From contig CANQCZ010000003.1 in assembly GCA_947591215.1 (NCBI GenBank), forward strand, positions 4,501 to 68,500: a DNA stretch of 64,000 nt. Reading direction: 5' to 3'. The DNA is from an uncultured Bacilli bacterium (lineage in GTDB: Bacteria; Bacillota_I; Bacilli_A; RFN20; CAG-449). Below the pieces are notes generated by a model. That model was not told the DNA's origin, did not search any database, and saw only the letters and a program-made list of their open reading frames with translations. Of this stretch, positions 10,269 through 22,972 are shown one piece after another; within the stretch, counting starts at the first letter, position 1, and each line of letters starts with the position of its first letter. A program made the translations under genes and the position numbers.

Positions 10269-10718
10269 CTACTTTTTTTCTGTAACGTGAACTCGTATTG
10301 TTGCAATTACATCTTTAAACAATTCCACTTTTAAATTTGTATATCCAAAAGCATTGACAGCAATTTTGTCAACAAATTTTCTTTTATCGATAATAATGCC
10401 GTATTTGTTTTTTAATTCTAATTCAATTTGTTTAGGCGATATCGTTCCCATCATTCTACCGTCTTTTGAAGCTGAAGCATTGAACTCAAGCACGATGTCT
10501 TTTAATTTTTCGGCCTCCTCTTGAGCGCGAAGTTTTTTTAATTCCAATGCTTTTTGTTCTTCAAGAATTTGACGATCTCTTACTTCTAAGCCAGTTTTTG
10601 TCGACAATACTGCTAAATGTTTGGGAATCAAATAGTTAGAACCATATCCAGCCGATACTTCCACTACTTGATTTTTCTTTCCGACTCCTTTTACATCCGC
10701 TAATAAGATTACTTTCAT
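10269..10718 (-). CDS. rplI: 50S ribosomal protein L9
   Basis: MKVILLADVKGVGKK..VVEVSAGYGSNYLIP. Confidence 0.97.
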   Translation of the reverse strand: MKVILLADVKGVGKKNQVVEVSAGYGSNYLIPKHLAVLSTKTGLEVRDRQILEEQKALELKKLRAQEEAEKLKDIVLEFNASASKDGRMMGTISPKQIELELKNKYGIIIDKRKFVDKIAVNAFGYTNLKVELFKDVIATIRVHVTEKK

Positions 10719-10730
10719 AGAAACCTCCTT

Positions 10731-12743
10731 TTATTTATGTTGTTCAGTGCGAGCATCATTTAAATACATATCCAAAGTATTTTTAAGTGAATTGCAAACT
10801 TCATTGATGGTCTGGTCGGGAAATTGTGCTGCCGCCGCAGTAAAATGACCGCCACCATTAAGTTTTTCCATCAACATTTGAACATTGATTGTTCCATCAC
10901 TTCGAGCAGAAATCGCAGTTTCTTTAACCGAAGTGTGACCGATAACAAAACAAGCGTTAACTCCTTTAATTTGAATTGCTTCACTTGCGACAACCGCTAA
11001 CATTGCCTTACTGATAATATCATTCTGTTCCGCCATCGCTATAATGACACCATAATGCGGAGTTATTGAATTAGATAAAATTTTGTTTTTTAAAGCATAT
11101 TCTTCATATTCTTCTTTTAAGAAATAATCGGCTTTTGAATTATCTGCACCATAATCTTTTAAAACTAAAGACGCATCGTAAGTGGTTGCCCCTGTTTTCT
11201 GTCGATAGTAATTGGTGTCCAATAAAATTCCTGCCAACATAAATGTAGCCTTCCGTTCATCTAGATCGACATGCTTAGGCGAATATTTAATGATTTCAGT
11301 GACCAATTCTGAAGCCGAAGACGCCGAGGGTTCAATTTGAACAAACACCGGACTATCAACATATTCCTCGCCGCGTCGATGGTGATCGATAATCGCAACA
11401 CGCTCGGCTTTATCTAAAACACTCGAAGCCATGACAATCGAAGGACGATGAACATCTGTAAGAATCAACAAACTATTGTTTCCGATGTGATAGATAGCTT
11501 GTTTAATAGTATACGTCATCTCTTGCATTTCTTCTTTAGTAAACAAATCTTTAAAAGCCTTTTTTGTTTTAGTTTCGACCAATTTTTCATCGTAAACAAT
11601 GTGAACGTCATTTTTAAAAGTCTTTGCGAAAGAATATAATCCTAAAGCACTTCCTATTGCATCCAAGTCAGCGTCTATATGTCCCATAATTACAATATTT
11701 TTTGCCTTTTGAATCAAAGAAGCTAACGAAGAAGATAAGGATCTAGTTTTAACTCTACTTTTATTTGTCTTAGCTTCACTGCTACCACCAATAAAAATAA
11801 AGTTTCCGTCGTAAGGTGAAAGCACCGCTTGATCTCCTCCTCTTGATAACGCGACATCTAGCGCATTTGATGCCATTTCCGATAACTTGACAACATCATC
11901 AAAACCATTGGAAAACCCGATGGACAATGTAACAATAGCGTCAACAAAAGATTGTTTTTTTACTTTGTTCATTATGGAAAAACGATCTTTTATTAATTGT
12001 TCATAAGCCTTTTGATCACAAACTACAAAATAACTGTCGTTTTTGATTTTTTTGATAAGAAGATTAAATTTCCTAGCATAATCAGTAATCATTTGATTGA
12101 TATTAAATATAATATCATTTCCGTCGCGATCGACCGCCATCGATTCAAATTCACTGAAATTATCAATACTAATAATTCCGATAACCGGAGCGTGTTCTTT
12201 AGAATATTGCACAACGGCATTATATTCGGTAATGTCTTTAAAAATAAAAAGATTAGCTTCTTTCAACAATTTAACCTCATAAAGTTTTCCTTCAATTTCG
12301 ACACGAATAGTATGACTCTCGGATAAATTACCGCCATCCAAATCCTTTAAAGCTTTTAATTCTTCGCGCCATTCAAAAATATTAATGTCCATAATTTCTG
12401 ATTCTAAAGCGGCGAATTGATCATTAACCCAAATAATATTGCTGTTTTCGTCAGTCACTATTAATCCGATTTTACCAAATATATAAGCTTCTTGAATATC
12501 CTCACCTACAATATCAAGAGCTCTCAAATCAGTTTTATACTTTGATTTAGAAATGTTTGTAAGCATGCTCCAAAACAAAAGAACATCTATCACTATAAAA
12601 CTAGCCATCACTCCAATAAGTAATTCAAGATGATATTCAAATAAATCTAATGCGATAGCTACATAAACAGCTGAAGCAATTAAGAATTGTAGAAAAAAGA
12701 TAATAAGAACCTTTATCATTTGTCTTTTAATTACTTTCTGCAT
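10731..12743 (-). CDS. gdpP: Cyclic-di-AMP phosphodiesterase GdpP (2 TM, PAS, degenerate GGDEF, DHH/DHHA1)
   Basis: ALSRGGDQ, MGH.DADLDAIGS, IDHHRR, SARS, GGGH; gdpP-rplI-dnaB synteny. Confidence 0.93.
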   Translation of the reverse strand: MQKVIKRQMIKVLIIFFLQFLIASAVYVAIALDLFEYHLELLIGVMASFIVIDVLLFWSMLTNISKSKYKTDLRALDIVGEDIQEAYIFGKIGLIVTDENSNIIWVNDQFAALESEIMDINIFEWREELKALKDLDGGNLSESHTIRVEIEGKLYEVKLLKEANLFIFKDITEYNAVVQYSKEHAPVIGIISIDNFSEFESMAVDRDGNDIIFNINQMITDYARKFNLLIKKIKNDSYFVVCDQKAYEQLIKDRFSIMNKVKKQSFVDAIVTLSIGFSNGFDDVVKLSEMASNALDVALSRGGDQAVLSPYDGNFIFIGGSSEAKTNKSRVKTRSLSSSLASLIQKAKNIVIMGHIDADLDAIGSALGLYSFAKTFKNDVHIVYDEKLVETKTKKAFKDLFTKEEMQEMTYTIKQAIYHIGNNSLLILTDVHRPSIVMASSVLDKAERVAIIDHHRRGEEYVDSPVFVQIEPSASSASELVTEIIKYSPKHVDLDERKATFMLAGILLDTNYYRQKTGATTYDASLVLKDYGADNSKADYFLKEEYEEYALKNKILSNSITPHYGVIIAMAEQNDIISKAMLAVVASEAIQIKGVNACFVIGHTSVKETAISARSDGTINVQMLMEKLNGGGHFTAAAAQFPDQTINEVCNSLKNTLDMYLNDARTEQHK

Positions 12744-12947
12744 AATTTCACCTCATTCTTAATTATTATACATAATTAAGAAAAATAAATATAGTAATTG
12801 TATCTCGTTTCTAAAACACTAATTATTTTAATTTCCGATTGTTTTCGCGTTTTAGAAACAACTTATAATTTAATATTTAAATTTGTATCTCATGTTTACG
12901 TTGTGTTTGTTTATTTTTATTTGTTTATTCGTCTTTAATTTGATATG

Positions 12948-12977
12948 AAAAAGGCTTTGCAATCTTGCAAAGCCTTT
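12948..12977 (-). terminator. Intrinsic terminator after rpsR
   Basis: AAAGGCTTTGCAA-TC-TTGCAAAGCCTTT inverted repeat with T-run on the minus strand. Confidence 0.8.
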
Positions 12978-13017
12978 AATTTTTAAAAACCGATGATAAA
13001 ATTACAATTTATTATCA

Positions 13018-13263
13018 TTAATCGATAACAAATGGTAACAAAGCCATAAATCGTGCACGTTTGATAGCAATAGCAATTTCTCTTTGGTGCTTTGCACAAG
13101 TTCCGGTAACACGACGTGGAGAAATTTTGCCGTTTGGAGAAATGAAACGTTTTAACATTTCGACATCTTTATAATCAATAACCGCTACTTTTTCTTTAGG
13201 GTCTTTACCTTTACTGCAGAAATTACAAACCTTTTTTCTAGGTCTCATCTTTTTATAAGCCAT
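13018..13263 (-). CDS. rpsR: 30S ribosomal protein S18 (zinc-binding form)
   Basis: [37 protein letters not shown]. Confidence 0.98.
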   Translation of the reverse strand: MAYKKMRPRKKVCNFCSKGKDPKEKVAVIDYKDVEMLKRFISPNGKISPRRVTGTCAKHQREIAIAIKRARFMALLPFVID

Positions 13264-13283
13264 AATACTCCTTTCTCGATCTC

Positions 13284-13739
13284 TTAGAATGGGAGATCGT
13301 CATCAGTTACATCAAATGCATCAACGTTCTTGTCTGCCGGTTCTTCATCGCGGACAGGATCAGCTTGATATCCTTGATCATCATTGCGAAGCCCTGAATC
13401 TTCTCTTCTTGACTCATCAGATCTTCTTTCCAATACTTGAACATTGTCACAGATAACTTCGACAACATTGACTTGTCTATTATCTTTGCTCTCGTAACTA
13501 CGTTGATTTAATCTTCCTTCGACTCCGACAAGAATACCTTTAGAACCAAACTTTGAGATAAATTCCGCACTCTTATTCCATGCGGTACAAGGAATAAAGG
13601 AAGCGGTTCTTTCGCCATTTGGACCTTTGCTACGATTATCAACTGCTATGGTGAAGGAACACACAGTTAAACCGCTTTGAGTTCTTCTTAATTCGGGGTC
13701 TCTTGTAAGACGTCCAACTAAAACTACTTGATTAATCAT
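13284..13739 (-). CDS. ssb: Single-stranded DNA-binding protein
   Basis: [19 protein letters not shown]-terminal DDDLPF. Confidence 0.98.
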   Translation of the reverse strand: MINQVVLVGRLTRDPELRRTQSGLTVCSFTIAVDNRSKGPNGERTASFIPCTAWNKSAEFISKFGSKGILVGVEGRLNQRSYESKDNRQVNVVEVICDNVQVLERRSDESRREDSGLRNDDQGYQADPVRDEEPADKNVDAFDVTDDDLPF

Positions 13740-13760
13740 TTCGCATCCTCCTTTTTAGGA

Positions 13761-14045
13761 TTATAAAGCGATAATTAAGTGACGTAATACATTAGGATTG
13801 ATCTTCGCTAAGCGATCGAATTCATTGATAACTTTTGAAGAAGAAGCACTAACTTTAACGACCACGTAATATCCTTTTTTCTCTTTTTTAATTTCGTATG
13901 CCAAATCTTTCAATCCCCATTCATTCACATCGTCGACAGTGCTTCCGTCAGCGGAAAGAATTTCATGAAGTTTACCGATTAGCTCGTTGCGAGCGGCATC
14001 TTCAAGATTGGCTTTTAGGATATACATAATCTCGTACTTTTTCAT
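13761..14045 (-). CDS. rpsF: 30S ribosomal protein S6
   Basis: KYEIMYIL, WGLKDLAYEIKK.KKGYY, VLRH. Confidence 0.98.
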   Translation of the reverse strand: MKKYEIMYILKANLEDAARNELIGKLHEILSADGSTVDDVNEWGLKDLAYEIKKEKKGYYVVVKVSASSSKVINEFDRLAKINPNVLRHLIIAL

Positions 14046-14050
14046 GTGTA

Positions 14051-14095
14051 CACCTCCCTTTGGTCTTCTGGCTGACTTTTAAGTCAGCAGAGAGA
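14051..14095 (-). promoter_or_regulatory. S6:S18 ribosomal-protein leader (autoregulatory RNA)
   Basis: Minus strand CUCUCU-GCUGACUU-AA-AAGUCAGC-CAGAAGACCAA-AGGGAGG: inner hairpin, with the outer pyrimidine tract able to pair with the SD of rpsF; same architecture as the Bacillota S6:S18 leader. Confidence 0.7.
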
Positions 14096-14127
14096 AATAG
14101 CATAGACCTTCACTTCTATGCGTATCA

Positions 14128-14156
14128 ATCATACCGAACCGAGATTAATTTGTAAA
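14128..14156 (-). promoter_or_regulatory. SigA-type promoter of rpsF-ssb-rpsR
   Basis: TTTACA-N17-TATGAT on the minus strand. Confidence 0.65.
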
Positions 14157-14175
14157 GACAAAAGACTCTTTATCC

Positions 14176-14207
14176 AAAAATACCCCTATTTATCAATAGG
14201 GGTTTTT
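14176..14207. terminator. Intrinsic terminator after the clpC-like gene
   Basis: ACCCCTATT-TATC-AATAGGGGT flanked by A- and T-runs. Confidence 0.75.
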
Positions 14208-14227
14208 GGCATTTATGATAAATTACA

Positions 14228-16249
14228 TTATTTCATAAGTTTGCTTATTACTTTTTTTCGAACATCGCGTTTAATCAATCTTGCTCCATATTGATTATAA
14301 ACTTCTTCATTATCTAAATCTAAATCCAGTTCACCCAGTTCGAATTGAAGACCGTCTGCAATCGTGTTCAAATAATCTTCGGCAATGACTTTTCTCGATG
14401 ATGAATTAAGATGATCAAAGGTAATTATATCATCGATTCTTGAAATAAATTCATATCGAAATCTTTCATTTAATTTTTTCACTATCGAATCACGATATGA
14501 AAAATCGCGATCTAAATGTTTTTTAAACAATGTCTTATCATCATATCCATAGTTTGATGTTAAAATAAACATCGCATTTGTACAATCGATTTTATTTCCC
14601 TTACCATCGATAAAATATCCTTCATCAAAGACATTTAAGAAAAAGTCCAAAATCTCGTTATTGGCCTTTTCAACTTCTTCGAGAATTATTAAAGAATGCG
14701 GAAATGCTTTAAGATTTTTGACAAAAGGAGCTTGAGATAGATTATAACCATTATTTCCTAAAAGTTTGGTTAAAGATCCATACTCTTGATATGAAGACAT
14801 GTCAATTTTAAAAGTATGTCCGTTTTTACCGAAAAAATTGTCCCCGATGATTTGCGCACATGCGCTTTTTCCAACCCCGGAAGGTCCTACAAACATCAAT
14901 ATCAACAATGGTCTGTCCTGTTCATAAATTTTGTGCTCAATCATTTTTAAATTTAACAAAATCTGTTGTAAAGCTCGATCTTGCCCGCGGATTTTAGCCA
15001 TCAATTCATTAGAAACAATTTCACTTAATGCATCGTGATTTATTTTGATTTTAAAAAACGACTCTATTGTTTTTATAACATCTTGTTCTTTTAAAGAATC
15101 CTTGGCAATCACACATGCATTATCTAAAATATCGATTGCCTTATCAGGAAAATACGCATTTGGAATTGCTTTAGATAAGTCGACTATTTTATATAAAATC
15201 GCATCATCAATCGTCAATTTATAATGTTTTTCATAAATGCTTTTCAATGCTTTTAATATGGTAATAGTTTCTTCAGAAGTCGATGGTTCCACTTTGATGA
15301 TTTGAAAACGGCGTCTTAAAGCTTTATCTTTATCAAACGCCTCATGAAACTCATCTTCCGTGGTCGCACCGATTATTTGAATATCACCACGAGAAAGATA
15401 TGGTTTTAAAATATTTGAAGCATCTATTGCACCTTCCGCTCCCCCGGCCTTGACGATATTATGAATCTCATCGATAAAAAGAATGGCATTACCATCCTCT
15501 TTTACTTTTTTAATTATTTTTTTCAGTTTTTCTTCAAACTCACCTCGATATTTAGTTCCACTTACAGTAGAAGCAATATCCAGTTCATAAATGTTTTTGT
15601 TTCTTAGTGAAGGGACAAGACCTTCATAAATCATTTTTGCCACTTCTTCGACAATGGCCGTTTTCCCGACGCCTGGTTCTCCAACTAATATTGCGTTTGG
15701 TTTATTTCTTCGTGACAAAGCATTTATAAGTTGATGAATCTCATCTTCTCTTCCGATTAGAGGATCTTTTTTTAAATTACAAAGATTATGCAGATCAGAT
15801 ATATTATCTAAATCAGACTTTCTTTTTTGACTTGTCATCAATACTTTGATTAAATTATCGCGATTTACTTTATATTTGTTCAACAAATCAAATGCTGCTC
15901 CTTGATCTTCTTTAAGCAAGGCTTGTCCAAGAGAAACTAAAGATACAAATTCTTCGCCGGCTTTTCTTGAAATCGCAACCGCGTTATCCAAAAGAACTTT
16001 AAGTTCTAATGTATATTCCATATATAATGGATCTTCATCAGAATACGGATAAAGATTTTTCACTTTTTTTGAAAGAGAACTATACGTAACTCCATATTTA
16101 CCTAATTCACGACCTAAAATATTCTCATCTACTCTAAGAAAAGCAAGAAGAATATGTTCACTGCCAATGCTAGTGTGTGCAAATTCAAAAGCGATCGCCT
16201 CGGCACACGAAATAACTTTTTGAGCTTCCAATGAAAATTTATCTATCAT
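14228..16249 (-). CDS. ClpC/ClpA-like Hsp100 AAA+ ATPase, atypical (no M-domain, degenerate D2)
   Basis: Clp N-domain (GSEHILLA); D1 GEPGVGKT, GTKYRGEFE, FIDEIH, RRRF, PDKAID; D2 GPSGVGKS, LEEVEKA, YGAR; only 673 aa. Confidence 0.9.
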   Translation of the reverse strand: MIDKFSLEAQKVISCAEAIAFEFAHTSIGSEHILLAFLRVDENILGRELGKYGVTYSSLSKKVKNLYPYSDEDPLYMEYTLELKVLLDNAVAISRKAGEEFVSLVSLGQALLKEDQGAAFDLLNKYKVNRDNLIKVLMTSQKRKSDLDNISDLHNLCNLKKDPLIGREDEIHQLINALSRRNKPNAILVGEPGVGKTAIVEEVAKMIYEGLVPSLRNKNIYELDIASTVSGTKYRGEFEEKLKKIIKKVKEDGNAILFIDEIHNIVKAGGAEGAIDASNILKPYLSRGDIQIIGATTEDEFHEAFDKDKALRRRFQIIKVEPSTSEETITILKALKSIYEKHYKLTIDDAILYKIVDLSKAIPNAYFPDKAIDILDNACVIAKDSLKEQDVIKTIESFFKIKINHDALSEIVSNELMAKIRGQDRALQQILLNLKMIEHKIYEQDRPLLILMFVGPSGVGKSACAQIIGDNFFGKNGHTFKIDMSSYQEYGSLTKLLGNNGYNLSQAPFVKNLKAFPHSLIILEEVEKANNEILDFFLNVFDEGYFIDGKGNKIDCTNAMFILTSNYGYDDKTLFKKHLDRDFSYRDSIVKKLNERFRYEFISRIDDIITFDHLNSSSRKVIAEDYLNTIADGLQFELGELDLDLDNEEVYNQYGARLIKRDVRKKVISKLMK

Positions 16250-16398
16250 AACGATCCTCTTTCACTTTTCAATTTATGTTTGAACAATTTAATTATTGCC
16301 TTGTCAAACAAAAATATACTTTAAGATTTAAAATGATAAAAAAATAAAGTACTTATCTAAAAATAATAACTTTCAAATACTCCTTGCCCATCGACAAC

Positions 16399-16428
16399 AA
16401 AAAAACTCACCCAAAATTAATGAGTGAG
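16399..16428 (-). terminator. Intrinsic terminator upstream of the clpC-like gene
   Basis: Minus strand CTCACTCA-TTAATTT-TGGGTGAG followed by T7. Confidence 0.6.
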
Positions 16429-16558
16429 ATTATGATTGAATCTTTTATTACTGATGAAGCTAATACCGCGGAATTAAGTGACATAAATAATCATAAATAG
16501 ATACTAAACTTTAAAATTAGAGTAGTTCAATAATTTAGCAACAATTTAAAGACAAAAT

Positions 16559-16590
16559 AAAAAGCGATTTATCATTATAGGTCGCTTTTT
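16559..16590. terminator. Intrinsic terminator after the 77-aa ORF
   Basis: AAAAAGCGATTTA-TCATTA-TAGGTCGCTTTTT hairpin flanked by A/T runs. Confidence 0.7.
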
Positions 16591-16614
16591 ACTTTTTATT
16601 TGTTTTTTTAAGTA

Positions 16615-16848
16615 TTACCAATTCGCGTTAACACTTACAATCGTGCATCGCATAGGATCCACTTGGACACCATCGTCTCTTACAAGATCGCGAAGATGAG
16701 CTCTGTAGTACTCTTCAGCTTCTTGGTAGGAATCGAAAAACATCGTCTCAGTCATATCCTTATATAAATGATAATTTCCGTTTCCAGCAATACTTGGGTA
16801 ATAATACTCACCATCATCGAAAACTAACTTTACAACATATTGAGTCAT
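16615..16848 (-). CDS. Hypothetical 77-aa acidic/aromatic protein
   Basis: Strong RBS (AAGGAGAG), own promoter and terminator, protein-like composition; no family recognised. Confidence 0.75.
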   Translation of the reverse strand: MTQYVVKLVFDDGEYYYPSIAGNGNYHLYKDMTETMFFDSYQEAEEYYRAHLRDLVRDDGVQVDPMRCTIVSVNANW

Positions 16849-16875
16849 TTAATATCTCTCCTTTTTTCTATTCAT

Positions 16876-16904
16876 AGTTTATTTTATTTTTTGTCTAATT
16901 TCAA
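16876..16904 (-). promoter_or_regulatory. SigA-type promoter of the 77-aa ORF
   Basis: TTGAAA-N17-TAAACT on the minus strand. Confidence 0.6.
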
Positions 16905-17018
16905 TCGATAAGAACTTAACTAGCATCTAAAAGATATAAATGTATTGCAATTATTACAACTTAAAATATACGAATTTAAAAAGGTAAATTTATAAAAATG
17001 ATGATTTTACAAAGTCTT

Positions 17019-19543
<2,525 letters not shown>

Positions 19544-19547
19544 AGTC

Positions 19548-19577
19548 AAAAAAAGAAAGAGAATTCATCTCTTTCTT
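19548..19577 (-). terminator. Intrinsic terminator after ftsH
   Basis: AAGAAAGAGA-TGAAT-TCTCTTTCTT followed by a T-run on the minus strand. Confidence 0.65.
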
Positions 19578-21627
19578 AATTTTTATTTTCACCCGAACTT
19601 TCTTCTTTGGGTTCTTCTTGAACCGGTTCTTTAGCAATCTCTATCGGTTCGACTTTGGTTTCTTGTTCCGTCTCGTCGAGTGGCAGATGACGATTTTCAA
19701 TAAGATAGGAAATATCTTCTGCATTTAACGTTTCTTTTTCTAAAAGAGCTTTAGCAATTAATTCCACATCTTCTTTGTATTTTCTAATAATCTCCAAAGC
19801 TTTTTTGTGAGCTTCATCGATAATCTTTCTCACTTCCTGATCGACTTCAAAAGCCACCTGATTTGAGAAATTCTTTTGTGTATTATTGTAATCTCGTCCT
19901 AAGAAAACAGAACCTTGATCTCTTTCATATTGAATCGGACCCAAAGACGACATTCCATATTGTGTAACCATTAATCTTGCGATACGAGTGGCACTTTCAA
20001 TATCTTGGTGAGCACCGGTAGTAATATCGGAGAAGAAAATTTCTTCCGAAGATCTTCCGCCTAATAACCCGGCAATCTTAGCCAACAATTGCGTTTTCGT
20101 CATCAAGAAATAATCGTCTTGCGGAGTCATAAGGACATGACCTCCCGTGTTTCCACGTGGAATAATCGTAACTTTCCTTACAACATCGCTCCCGTCTAAT
20201 TTTAAGCCGATAATCGCATGTCCCGCTTCATGATAAGCATCGATTTGTCTTTCTTTTTCAGACATCTTCTTGCTTTTCTTAGCCGGACCCGCGAATTGAC
20301 GGTCGATGGCTTCATCGATTTCTTTTGTCGAAATTTCTTTCTTATTTTCTCTAACGGCGAGAATGGCGGCTTCATTGAGTACATTAGCCAAATCGGCACC
20401 GGAATATCCCACCGTTCTTTCGGCAATGGCTTTAAAGTTCACTGTCGGAGAAATGGTTTTATTTCGAGCATGAACTTTGAGGATCTCTTCACGGCCTTGC
20501 TTGTCAGGCAAGTTAACAGTGATTTGACGATCGAAACGACCGGCTCTTAATAGTGCCGGATCTAAAACATCTTCACGGTTAGTCGCGGCAATCACGATAA
20601 TTCCTAAATTATCGGAGAACCCATCCATTTCAACAAGCAACTGATTAAGGGTTTGTTCACGTTCATCGTTACCTCCACCCATACCAGCACCTCTTTGACG
20701 TCCTACGGCATCTATTTCATCAATAAAGATCAAGCACGGGGTGTTTTGTTTAGCCTTTTTAAACATGTCTCTTACACGTCCGGCTCCAACACCGACGAAC
20801 ATCTCGACAAAGTCAGAACCCGAGATTGAATAAAATGGCACACGCGCTTCACCGGCGACGGCTTTGGCTAACAATGTTTTACCGGTTCCGGGAGGCCCAA
20901 CCAAAAGAACGCCTTTTGGCAACTTTGCGCCAAATTTTGAATATTTGCCGGGATTTCTCAAATAATCGACGAGCTCGATCATTTCCGCTTTTTCTTCATC
21001 GCATCCGGCGACATCATCAAAGTGGACATTGGTAACTTCTTCTCTTCTGGCGCGGGATTTATTGAAATCTAGCGCTGTGTTATTGGATCTATTAACGCTG
21101 GCATTTAATCTTGAGAAGATAAAAATGATGGCTCCGATACCCAACACAAAGAAAATGATGGTTGGTAACCAATCCATAAATCCATTTGATTCATAAGGAT
21201 TGATAATCGCATATTTATCGCTAGTATAATATAATGTTCCGTCTTCATTTTGTCTAGTTCTAATAATCCTATCAATATACGATAAATTATCCTCTGTATC
21301 TGGTCCGAAACTCGTAAAGCTATAACGAATTTCGCGATTTTGAGCATCATTAGTCAAATAGTAACCAGCAATGGTTAAATTTCCTTCGTTATACCGCGTT
21401 ATTTGAAGAGACTCAATTTTTTGATTCCATAAGAACGATTCTTCGTAATCGTTGACTTCATTACCATTTTCATTATGTGTAACGATAATATCTCCCCAAG
21501 CGATATCGGAATGTTGAGAAGACCCATAAGAATTATTATTAAACAACAATGTTATCGCGACAACAATACCCAAAATCAAAAGATATGGTGCGACATAACC
21601 AATCCAACTTCCTTTTTTCTTTTTCAT
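19576..21627 (-). CDS. ftsH: ATP-dependent zinc metalloprotease FtsH
   Basis: 2 [33 protein letters not shown]. Confidence 0.98.
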   Translation of the reverse strand: MKKKKGSWIGYVAPYLLILGIVVAITLLFNNNSYGSSQHSDIAWGDIIVTHNENGNEVNDYEESFLWNQKIESLQITRYNEGNLTIAGYYLTNDAQNREIRYSFTSFGPDTEDNLSYIDRIIRTRQNEDGTLYYTSDKYAIINPYESNGFMDWLPTIIFFVLGIGAIIFIFSRLNASVNRSNNTALDFNKSRARREEVTNVHFDDVAGCDEEKAEMIELVDYLRNPGKYSKFGAKLPKGVLLVGPPGTGKTLLAKAVAGEARVPFYSISGSDFVEMFVGVGAGRVRDMFKKAKQNTPCLIFIDEIDAVGRQRGAGMGGGNDEREQTLNQLLVEMDGFSDNLGIIVIAATNREDVLDPALLRAGRFDRQITVNLPDKQGREEILKVHARNKTISPTVNFKAIAERTVGYSGADLANVLNEAAILAVRENKKEISTKEIDEAIDRQFAGPAKKSKKMSEKERQIDAYHEAGHAIIGLKLDGSDVVRKVTIIPRGNTGGHVLMTPQDDYFLMTKTQLLAKIAGLLGGRSSEEIFFSDITTGAHQDIESATRIARLMVTQYGMSSLGPIQYERDQGSVFLGRDYNNTQKNFSNQVAFEVDQEVRKIIDEAHKKALEIIRKYKEDVELIAKALLEKETLNAEDISYLIENRHLPLDETEQETKVEPIEIAKEPVQEEPKEESSGENKN

Positions 21628-21695
21628 CTATACAAATTACCTCCTATAAAATAGTCTAATTTTGTGCTCTCATAAATTTTATATTTATGCATTGT

Positions 21696-22928
21696 TTATT
21701 TTACCACAATAATCGGATTGTTTTCTATATTATTTAACACTACTTTATTTTGCAAGGGAATATAAATAATATTTCCATTTTTATCCACGATAAGCGGCCA
21801 CCTTTTTCTTTTATCAAGTGGAATCTTGCGATTAATAAAAATTCTTCTTACCGATTTATGAATTTTTCCAAATTTTATGACATCACCGGGTTGAAAAGTG
21901 CGGATTATTAACGGATAAGAATATTCGAAAACATTTATCTTTGAAGTATCGGTTGTAAGATTCAAATAAAAATATTCATTGTCAATAATTTGTGGTGTTT
22001 CCACTATAAATTCATAATGAAAATCATCGCCAAATTTGCTCAAAGACAAATAATCATAAGATTTTAATAGATAGTATGGTGGCTCTAAAAGCATTTTGGC
22101 GTGTGCTTTTTGACTCCTAATTAGTTTTTTTATTTCACGAATTCGCTTGGCTCCTAATTTTACCGAAATAAACGGCAAAACCTTCGTAATATACGCAAAA
22201 AGCAAGCGCGTTTCTTCTTCATCACTCAAACAAACAATCTCTGAAATCATCAGTTTATCTTGTTGGAGTAAAGGTTCGATTTTTTGCATGATTTTTTTTA
22301 GTTTTTGATTTTCACTATCGATTTCTCCTATCATCTCATCAATTTCGTTTTCGGTCATTTTAGAAACTTGATGATGACGAATATAATTGCGGGTGTAATC
22401 ATCGGTGTTATTACTTTCGTCGATTGAATAAGGAATTTGATTTCGTTTGCAATAATTTAAAAGTTCCATTTTTCGATATTCTAAAAGCGGACGAATTACT
22501 CTCATTCCTTTAATTGATGTCTCACTATTTAGTCCATAATATGATACTAAATTACCACGCGATTTTTGCATTAAATAAGTTTCTAAAAGATCATCTTTAT
22601 GATGTGCGACAAAAAGTCCATCAGCATGATATTTATAATACATTTTTTTGAAAAAATCATACCGTATTTCACGAGCCCAAGCTTGGAAATTACCTTTTGG
22701 TTTTAGATCTATGGTATCAAGAACATGTGTTTTATATCCTTTTTCTTTGGCATATAAAGCAACCATTTCTTGTTCTTGATTTGAAACCTTACGACGATGA
22801 TAATTGACATGCAAAACCACAAGTTTCAATTTTAAATCGGCTAACATTTTTAAAAGAGCCATCGAATCCGGTCCTCCGGAAACCGCGATTAAATATATTT
22901 TATTCGCATCGTAAGAGAATTTTTCCAT
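21696..22928 (-). CDS. tilS: tRNA(Ile)-lysidine synthetase
   Basis: AVSGGPDS PP-loop, AHHKDD..ET, IRPLL, DESN....YTRN.IR. Confidence 0.96.
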   Translation of the reverse strand: MEKFSYDANKIYLIAVSGGPDSMALLKMLADLKLKLVVLHVNYHRRKVSNQEQEMVALYAKEKGYKTHVLDTIDLKPKGNFQAWAREIRYDFFKKMYYKYHADGLFVAHHKDDLLETYLMQKSRGNLVSYYGLNSETSIKGMRVIRPLLEYRKMELLNYCKRNQIPYSIDESNNTDDYTRNYIRHHQVSKMTENEIDEMIGEIDSENQKLKKIMQKIEPLLQQDKLMISEIVCLSDEEETRLLFAYITKVLPFISVKLGAKRIREIKKLIRSQKAHAKMLLEPPYYLLKSYDYLSLSKFGDDFHYEFIVETPQIIDNEYFYLNLTTDTSKINVFEYSYPLIIRTFQPGDVIKFGKIHKSVRRIFINRKIPLDKRKRWPLIVDKNGNIIYIPLQNKVVLNNIENNPIIVVK

Positions 22929-22972
22929 AAGTTTACCTTCGGTTATAATTTTGCACTATAGGCATCAATTTT

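Noticed and set aside
12807-12859. GTTTTAGAAAC resembles the start of type II CRISPR repeats
   Set aside because: Only two copies, inverted, no spacer periodicity and no cas genes in the window
12993-14227. Similar ATGATAAA(A)TTACA strings after the rpsR and clpC-like stops
   Set aside because: Short AT-rich match with only two instances; chance is sufficient
20148-20164. parS-like palindrome GTTTCCACGTGGAATA inside ftsH
   Set aside because: About three mismatches to TGTTNCACGTGAAACA and explained by the conserved IIPRG codons
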